The notes under the pieces are model-generated. The model was not told the origin of the DNA. It was given only the letters and a program-made list of their open reading frames with translations, and searched no databases. Below are positions 57,901 to 64,000 of a DNA stretch of 64,000 nt, piece by piece. Within the stretch, counting starts at the first letter, position 1. Each line of letters begins with the position of its first letter. Source of the DNA: an uncultured Gammaproteobacteria bacterium (GTDB lineage Bacteria; Pseudomonadota; Gammaproteobacteria; UBA6002); the NCBI GenBank assembly GCA_963705725.1, contig CAVPKM010000001.1, forward strand, positions 16,618-80,617, read 5' to 3'. The position numbers and the translations under genes are program-made.

Positions 57901-58339
57901 TATCCTCCAACGCTTTCAAAATGAGTGAAAAACGTTCTGGTGAAAAAACCCTGCCCATTAATCTTAGCCGTTCGAAAACAATGTTTCTTCTTAAGAAAAG
58001 GCCAGGAACATCGTCACTCATTTGGCTGGTTTCTTCGGCATGCATCAATAGTCGAGAAGCAGCTCCGGGGTAGGCCATATCTAAACATTGCAAAAGTCGC
58101 AATGCTCTACCCGCCTTGATAAATGTGGCCACTTGAATAAGTGGATCTTCTTGTTTTAAATCGATGTTACCAATATCTTCAAGCGTTTCACCTAATCGCG
58201 TCATGGCTTCTTCAACCGACTGGTCACCATCAAGTGTCCAATTCTCCACCCCTTCCATGAAGGTAATAACGCGATAGATCATGGGGTCTCTATATTTATG
58301 CCAGAATTCATGAACGGCATCATTGCTAAAATTAGGCAT
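57887..58339 (-). CDS. icmW: Dot/Icm adaptor IcmW
   Basis: H-x-FW-x-x-Y-x-DPMIYRVI-x-FME-x-VE-x-WTLDG, PG-x-AS-x-LL-x-HAE and FL-x-RNIVFERLRL-x-x-RVFS motifs. Confidence 0.95.
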   Translation of the reverse strand: MPNFSNDAVHEFWHKYRDPMIYRVITFMEGVENWTLDGDQSVEEAMTRLGETLEDIGNIDLKQEDPLIQVATFIKAGRALRLLQCLDMAYPGAASRLLMHAEETSQMSDDVPGLFLRRNIVFERLRLMGRVFSPERFSLILKALEDNENG

Positions 58340-58360
58340 CCGAGTCCCCGCAAAAAAAAC

Positions 58361-58435
58361 ATTATAATAGGAATTATATCAAATAAAAATGGGTAGTGAC
58401 CAGTGGCTTTGCACTATTCAACTTTATGCTATAAT
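58361..58435. promoter_or_regulatory. Divergent sigma70-type -10 elements for icmW and icmV-dotA
   Basis: TATAAT on the minus strand at 58361-58366 and extended -10 TGCTATAAT on the plus strand at 58427-58435. Confidence 0.5.
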
Positions 58436-58467
58436 TAGTAATTGTTTTCTTTAATGTCGAGAGAATT

Positions 58468-58914
58468 ATGGGTGTAACGAAACGGGCAGGCCGAGTCCTA
58501 AAGCCATTAGTTAATTTTCCTAAGTGGATGGGGTTAAGGCAGCTTCTTGATAATTTTCAAAACATTCGAAAAATGCTGCGGGATTTGAAAATGCATCGCC
58601 CTGTCATTCGAAAGGAATCTTTCGAAGAAGCGGTGACTAGAATGCATTTAACGGAAGAAGACATCCATAATCGAAAACGAAGTTGTTGGATCTTAAGCTG
58701 GGTTTATTCTCTTATTACCATCTTGTTATTTATCTATTCTACTTACCTACTCTTTCATCTGATTTTCAATTGCATCTTAGGTTTCCTTATTACCGCATTA
58801 ATGGCTGTTTTTGCCTATCGAGAAAGTTTTTGGTATTTTCAGATGAAAACAAAATCGCTTGGCAATAATTTTCAAGATTGGGTGCGCTATATCCTGCGAG
58901 GTGGTCGCAAATGA
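58468..58914 (+). CDS. icmV: Dot/Icm inner-membrane protein IcmV
   Basis: ESFEEA-x-x-R-x-x-L, two TM helices and FWYFQMK; divergent from icmW and upstream of dotA. Confidence 0.9.
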   Translation: MGVTKRAGRVLKPLVNFPKWMGLRQLLDNFQNIRKMLRDLKMHRPVIRKESFEEAVTRMHLTEEDIHNRKRSCWILSWVYSLITILLFIYSTYLLFHLIFNCILGFLITALMAVFAYRESFWYFQMKTKSLGNNFQDWVRYILRGGRK

Positions 58915-61310
58915 TACGAATGATTAAATTTTTCTTTTTTTGTTTGATCACAATTTTTCCTCTTTTCGCCCTTGCACAAGGTACGGTACCGATTCAACCG
59001 CTTGGGCCAGGCAATTCAAGCTCGCTGACTTTTACTCCTGCCCCTACCGATTTATCAGTTAGTTTTTTAGGACAAATTTTTGGAACAGTTGGTACCGTTT
59101 TGCATGGCACCAGTGGTCAGATGCTGGGCCAATTGTTTAAAATCTTCAATTTAGGATTACTTGCTGTAGCGGGTCTTTTTTTGATTTATACCATTGTGAT
59201 GACAGTGTTAAATACCGCCCATGAAGGGGAGTTCATGGGTAGAAAATGGAGTTCGGGTTGGATAGCGTTGAGAGTTATTATTGGATTAGGCCTTTTAGTC
59301 CCTTCTGCCACCACCGGTTATTCTATTATTCAAGTCATTGTTATGTGGGTAGTGGTTCAAAGCGTGGGTTTTGCTAATATGGCTTGGCAAAGTGCCCTAA
59401 CTTATATTGCAGAAGGGGGGCAAGTTTACACCCCGCCTGCAACCGATACATCTAGCATGGTCAATGCAGCTGGCAGTATTTTGCAGATGCAAACTTGCAT
59501 GTATACGAATCAAAATATTTATTTGCAGCAAAAGAAAGCTGAACAAGAGGCATTAAAGCAGCAACAAGCGCAGGCTGGACCACCGAGTAATACAACTAAT
59601 ACAGCAACTCCCACCCCTCCTGGTGTCAACAATGTTCAACGCTGGACACCCTTGTTTACCACTGTAGAGGATCCGCCGGGGATTTATCGCAGTGTGGTAA
59701 AATTTCCTGGTAATCCTTATTCGTCAGGCGGTCAACAAGATGCCGCTTGTGGGCAGATTTCTTTTGGTACTGATAAAGATTTGGGTACTTTATTAAGTGA
59801 TCAAAAAGCAACAACTTTAAAAGCTGCGGTAAATCAAATGATGATTGATTTAGATAGCTATGCCCAAGAGATTAGTAAGCCACCTAAGCAAAAAAATAGC
59901 TCAAATAATAATCCGAATTTTACCAATCAGCTTCAAAGCGCCGTTATCGGCGCAGCAGCAGACTGGGTAAATACCACTTTGCCCATTCGATCTGGGGCGA
60001 CCTCGCAGGAAATGCCAGCAAATTTACTCGAAAAATATGTGGCTGAAGCTGCTGCGCAAGGATGGGTGATGGCAGGTCGGTATTATTATGCCCTGGGGAA
60101 TATCCGGCATAAAATTAGTGCAGCCACTTCGGTTTCAGTAAATATGGATTATTATCCAGCAGGTTTTTGGGTCAGCTGGACTTCTGCTGCCTCCAATGCT
60201 CAAACTCAACCCTATATTGATTTTAGTGGAGCTCAATCCGATCCCACCCCTGCTGTTAACAATATGGATGGACTACGCTTAAGTGATGCGGATAAAAAAA
60301 TCTTGCTGAACAATTTACTGAATGTTTCTAACTTTGTTCATCCAGCCGTTGCGTTGGCACAAAAGGTAGATCAATCACAAAGCAAACTGCCAGCACCAAG
60401 TGGCGGTGCGAATGCTGGAATCTTGTCTTTCATGTTCAATTCAGCTGTAGCTAGCATCACTAAGGATACTTTAGAGATGAGTAAGGCGACGGGTGACCCC
60501 ATATTAGTTTTACAGGCTTTTGGGCATCAGCTTATTGGTGGCGGTATAGCTGCTTGGTTGTTGAGTACGGTAGGGGTTTTTAGTTTAGGTGCCGCGACCA
60601 GTCTTTTTTCCGAATGGAACTCGTTAGGCTATGCCTTGACAGATGCACTGTTAATATTCGTTCCACTGTATACCATTTTTATTTTAAGCTTGGTCACAAT
60701 TGGTGGTGTCTTGAGTTATTATGTCCCTCTTATTCCTTATATTATTTTTACTTTTTCAGTAGTAGGTTGGCTAATTGCGGTAATTGAAGCCATGGTTGCC
60801 GCTCCCTTGGTAGCATTAGGTGTCACACATCCAGAAGGTCATGATTTTTTGGGAAAAAGTGAACAAGCGATCATGCTATTATTAAGCGTTTTTGTTAGGC
60901 CGGTATTGATGGTTTTGGGACTCGTTGCTGCTATTATTTTTTCTCGTGTGGTACTGCGCTTTTTAAATACTGGGTTTTTCCAAATCCTTGTAGAATCCGT
61001 TGGAGGGGGGTGGACATTCTTTGGTTTTGTTCCTATTTTTTTCATTTATACCAGCTTAGTGGTTACCATTGTTAACCAATCTTTTTCATTAATTTATATG
61101 ATTCCTGATCGCGTGATGCGTTGGCTCGGTGTTTCTGAACAAACGACAACAGCGGGAGAAGCCTTGCAAGCGGCTAAACAAGGCTACGAGCAAGTTGCAG
61201 GTGGTATAGAAAAAATGCAGGGAGGCGCGATACAGTCAATGGGGGAATCTACTTCGAGAAAAGTAGCAGAGGTTCAAAAAGGAAAAAAAACTACAGCAAC
61301 AGGGGAGTAG
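58911..61310 (+). CDS. dotA: Dot/Icm inner-membrane protein DotA
   Basis: TDLS-x-x-FLG-x-IFG-x-V, TAHEGEFMG, GW-x-MAG-x-YY, EAMVAAPLVALG-x-THPEGHD and F-x-RP-x-LM motifs. Start moved to the ATG overlapping the icmV stop (ATGA). Confidence 0.95.
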   Translation: MIRMIKFFFFCLITIFPLFALAQGTVPIQPLGPGNSSSLTFTPAPTDLSVSFLGQIFGTVGTVLHGTSGQMLGQLFKIFNLGLLAVAGLFLIYTIVMTVLNTAHEGEFMGRKWSSGWIALRVIIGLGLLVPSATTGYSIIQVIVMWVVVQSVGFANMAWQSALTYIAEGGQVYTPPATDTSSMVNAAGSILQMQTCMYTNQNIYLQQKKAEQEALKQQQAQAGPPSNTTNTATPTPPGVNNVQRWTPLFTTVEDPPGIYRSVVKFPGNPYSSGGQQDAACGQISFGTDKDLGTLLSDQKATTLKAAVNQMMIDLDSYAQEISKPPKQKNSSNNNPNFTNQLQSAVIGAAADWVNTTLPIRSGATSQEMPANLLEKYVAEAAAQGWVMAGRYYYALGNIRHKISAATSVSVNMDYYPAGFWVSWTSAASNAQTQPYIDFSGAQSDPTPAVNNMDGLRLSDADKKILLNNLLNVSNFVHPAVALAQKVDQSQSKLPAPSGGANAGILSFMFNSAVASITKDTLEMSKATGDPILVLQAFGHQLIGGGIAAWLLSTVGVFSLGAATSLFSEWNSLGYALTDALLIFVPLYTIFILSLVTIGGVLSYYVPLIPYIIFTFSVVGWLIAVIEAMVAAPLVALGVTHPEGHDFLGKSEQAIMLLLSVFVRPVLMVLGLVAAIIFSRVVLRFLNTGFFQILVESVGGGWTFFGFVPIFFIYTSLVVTIVNQSFSLIYMIPDRVMRWLGVSEQTTTAGEALQAAKQGYEQVAGGIEKMQGGAIQSMGESTSRKVAEVQKGKKTTATGE

Positions 61311-61312
61311 AT

Positions 61313-62467
61313 CTACGAAACTCCAGCATCGCGGTCGGCGCTGTGACTTCCTGCAGCTAGAATTTTAAATGTTCGCTCAGAAATTCGGCCTTCTTGAAAA
61401 GCGCGCTTTGCGTCGATAATCATCGGCTGACCTCGCTCTTTCACTAAACGGCGAGTGATGGCGGTTGCTTCATTGGGATTGACGCTAAGTAATTGATCTC
61501 TCACGACTTCATCAAAAATAAGATATTCACGTAATGCCATGCGTTTCCCATCTACTGTCGGAACAAGCTGTTGCCAAATGATTAAGCGAAGCGTTTCTAT
61601 AATGTCGATACTGCGCCCGTAGCGTTCTTCTTGGGGGAAAGTACCAACTAAGCGTCGGATGGTTTCTGCCACACCATTTGCATGAAGTGTGGTATAGACT
61701 GGGTGACCCGTTAAAGCGGCTTCTAACACAGCGCTCATTGTTTCAATATCTCGCGATTCTCCAACCAGAATCAATCTTGGAGTACGCCTTAGCGCATTGC
61801 GAACACCTGCTGCAAAAGAGGGAAGATTGCGAGGAATTTCTGATTGACTAACGATGGAACTTGGCTTTTTAATCGCATCGAAAACAAATTCAATGGGTGA
61901 TTCATAAGTCAAAATCTTCCGATTACTCATGGGATCTTCAGCGATACTGCGAATAATGGCGGCGAGCAAGGTGCTTTTGCCAGAGCCTGTTGCGCCAGTG
62001 ACATAGACCACGCCATCTCTTGGCGCAATGGCATCAATAATGTTTTGTGGCAATCCTAAATCGGATAAAGCAGGAGGCTCATTAGGTATAGTTCTTAAGG
62101 TGACTTGAATGCCCGCATGTCCTTCAACCTGACAACCCGTCCCGTTGACTCGAAATCGAAATCGATCAATACGAGTGGGGCGTATTTCATAATGGGTATC
62201 CACATCCACGCCACTTAAAATTTGAGTGGTGCCATTTGGTCCATAAATGGTATTGAGGATATCGCCTACTTCAGTATTGCTAAGTTTTCGATGCGTGATT
62301 TTATGCAGCCGTCCATAGACATCGATGATGACTGGCTCGCTGGTTTGAAAGGTAATGTCTGAAGCGTTTTGTTTAATACAAAATTCAAGTAAAGGTTCTA
62401 AATGTGTAGGAGTAAAGCGATTAGGCTCATTAGGAAAAATAATTTCAGAATTGTTTTCTGCTTTCAT
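61313..62467 (-). CDS. dotB: Dot/Icm ATPase DotB
   Basis: ASDIT, YGPNG, GATGSGKSTLLA, YESPIEF, RNALRR-x-P and ALTGHPVYTTLH motifs. Confidence 0.96.
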   Translation of the reverse strand: MKAENNSEIIFPNEPNRFTPTHLEPLLEFCIKQNASDITFQTSEPVIIDVYGRLHKITHRKLSNTEVGDILNTIYGPNGTTQILSGVDVDTHYEIRPTRIDRFRFRVNGTGCQVEGHAGIQVTLRTIPNEPPALSDLGLPQNIIDAIAPRDGVVYVTGATGSGKSTLLAAIIRSIAEDPMSNRKILTYESPIEFVFDAIKKPSSIVSQSEIPRNLPSFAAGVRNALRRTPRLILVGESRDIETMSAVLEAALTGHPVYTTLHANGVAETIRRLVGTFPQEERYGRSIDIIETLRLIIWQQLVPTVDGKRMALREYLIFDEVVRDQLLSVNPNEATAITRRLVKERGQPMIIDAKRAFQEGRISERTFKILAAGSHSADRDAGVS

Positions 62468-62480
62468 CGAATATCGCTCG

Positions 62481-63344
62481 TCAGGGTCTACTTCTAATTG
62501 TAGTGCACCTTTTTTTATTCATCATGATAGGGTCGCAAGGTCGTCTGCAAAATTCATCTGGACTGGTTTTAGAAACCACCGCTTTCCAGGTCTCCGGATG
62601 CGTATTAAGCTGAGAAGTAGCAGAAATAGTCAACACGCGATCGTTAATTCTAAGTTCATTGCCGTCACCGGTAACGCCAAGCTCTGTTTTTGAAACATAG
62701 GGAGGAGTCACCATATTTTGTGCAAGCAGCTTGCGATAAAGCAGCATGCCATTGTAGTCGCGTTTTAAACGCGCCAGGTTTTCTCCAAAAATTTGATTGG
62801 CTTGTTCAATACCTTGTTGCCAACCAATATTGACATAGCAATTCCAGACCGCTGCCTCCTCTCGAGTTTTTGGCAATAAAGTAATATCCGGTTGTTCGGG
62901 TTGGCAAAAGGCCATCCAGATATACTCACGCCAATTGGGTGGAGCGGTAACAAAACAAGGTTCAGTGACGATGCGATAAATTTGATCTGCGGCTCGAATA
63001 GTTGAGCAAGAATCAAGCGTCAGTTCTTGGCGTCCGTCTTCCAATACCGGTGGTCTAATATCATCTTTTAGCATCAAGGCTCGAAAATTGTAGATTTTAT
63101 CGAGCTCATTTTGTTGTCTTTTGAGCACGCAGTTAATTTGCTCGGATCGCCAAGCTAAACCGCCTTGAGCGCCGACTAAGGTTGCCGTTTCGGTTAAAAA
63201 GCGTAAACGAAGCGCTGGAACGCGAGACGAGGTGGTTCGATTGAGCGCGGCGATGTGTATGGCATCGAGCTGTGAGGTTTTGCAATGGCTACAGCCTGCA
63301 ATTAAAAGAATTACTAATAGAATACTTATTTTTATTTTTTTCAT
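62481..63344 (-). CDS. dotC: Dot/Icm core lipoprotein DotC
   Basis: Lipobox IAGC; GAQGGL, PPVL, PPNWREY, GW-x-x-G-x-x-QA, L-x-RDY-x-GM and INDR motifs. Confidence 0.95.
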   Translation of the reverse strand: MKKIKISILLVILLIAGCSHCKTSQLDAIHIAALNRTTSSRVPALRLRFLTETATLVGAQGGLAWRSEQINCVLKRQQNELDKIYNFRALMLKDDIRPPVLEDGRQELTLDSCSTIRAADQIYRIVTEPCFVTAPPNWREYIWMAFCQPEQPDITLLPKTREEAAVWNCYVNIGWQQGIEQANQIFGENLARLKRDYNGMLLYRKLLAQNMVTPPYVSKTELGVTGDGNELRINDRVLTISATSQLNTHPETWKAVVSKTSPDEFCRRPCDPIMMNKKRCTTIRSRP

Positions 63345-63874
63345 TAGTATGTCATATAACGAAGTTCGATTACGCGACTGCTAGGATAGACGACGATACA
63401 AGCTTTTTTATATATTTGTAAGCTAATGTTTCGCAATATATCAGCAAAAGGGGTGTTCTTTGAGTTAACTGATACAATGATTGGGATAGCGGGTTCTTTT
63501 CCTAGTACCCGAACGCAATAGTGTGTTGCTTCAGCAATACGCTTTATTAATGGTAACACAGGCCCGACCCAATCAACCGAAGCTGGGCAGGCAAGACCAA
63601 AGCGGGGAGCGTCGATCGGTGGTGGCATCCGCAAACAAGGATGTGCAGCTTTTTCAATTTCAGCTAAACAATCAATAGAGCGGCTGACAGACACTGCTGC
63701 TTCTGCAAGCTTAATCTCGGCATCATCTGCATTGATTTGATAAGGCAAGGTAGGGACAACATTATTCGTCGATACAACCAGTTTTCTGGTGGAACATCCA
63801 ACAAATGACACAGCAATGAAAATAATCAGTAAGCTTTTTATTATTGTGGGTAGATTAGTAGGTTCCTGCTTCAT
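63344..63874 (-). CDS. dotD: Dot/Icm core lipoprotein DotD
   Basis: Lipobox FVGC; KLAEAA-x-SVS-x-S, ASVDW-x-GP, LG-x-x-PAIP and VIELRY motifs. Confidence 0.95.
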   Translation of the reverse strand: MKQEPTNLPTIIKSLLIIFIAVSFVGCSTRKLVVSTNNVVPTLPYQINADDAEIKLAEAAVSVSRSIDCLAEIEKAAHPCLRMPPPIDAPRFGLACPASVDWVGPVLPLIKRIAEATHYCVRVLGKEPAIPIIVSVNSKNTPFADILRNISLQIYKKACIVVYPSSRVIELRYMTY

Positions 63875-64000
63875 TTGCTCATACCTTGAGGTGTGTTCTA
63901 ATCATTGAACCAAGAAGCAGGCACTTTTGTCAACGATGGAAGCAGTTTCGGTTTGCAGAGAACTACAGTATTGGTTGAGTGTGGCTGGCTGTGTTATGCT

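Noticed and set aside
56198-63874. Conjugative element (IncI-like Tra system)
   Set aside because: icmW and icmV are specific to Dot/Icm effector systems, and there is no relaxase, integrase or att site in the window.

Overview
AT-rich chromosomal window from a Dot/Icm-encoding gammaproteobacterium, most plausibly Coxiellaceae-like Legionellales. It has five blocks: (1) housekeeping genes radC-dut-algC-xth-deoC-rph-yicC-gmk-rpoZ-spoT-ridA-recG-hsp20; (2) an accessory block of orphan, eukaryote-like proteins that are candidate type IVB effectors, comprising an LRR-like protein and two tandem ~860-aa proteins built from 26-aa ankyrin-like repeats with C-terminal F-box-like and NLS-like motifs, plus a truncated third copy; (3) a surface-polysaccharide locus with a CDP-sugar/C-methyltransferase pathway, FkbM, GT2 enzymes and two tandem ~950-aa GT-C-like membrane proteins; (4) LPS core and ligase genes (waaF, waaC, waaL, hldE, hldD) with a small accessory insert (GNAT-GNAT-MazG fusion, possible structured RNA); (5) icmX-orf-icmW-icmV-dotA-dotB-dotC-dotD. 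A dispersed ~170-bp palindromic element with GTAAC-type termini occurs in several full and partial copies, shows compensatory stem changes and supplies the 3' ends of some genes. Many genes, including essential gmk and spoT, carry single-base frameshifts, so the consensus probably contains sequencing indels and pseudogene calls are tentative. All family assignments come from motif recognition by eye, not database searches.
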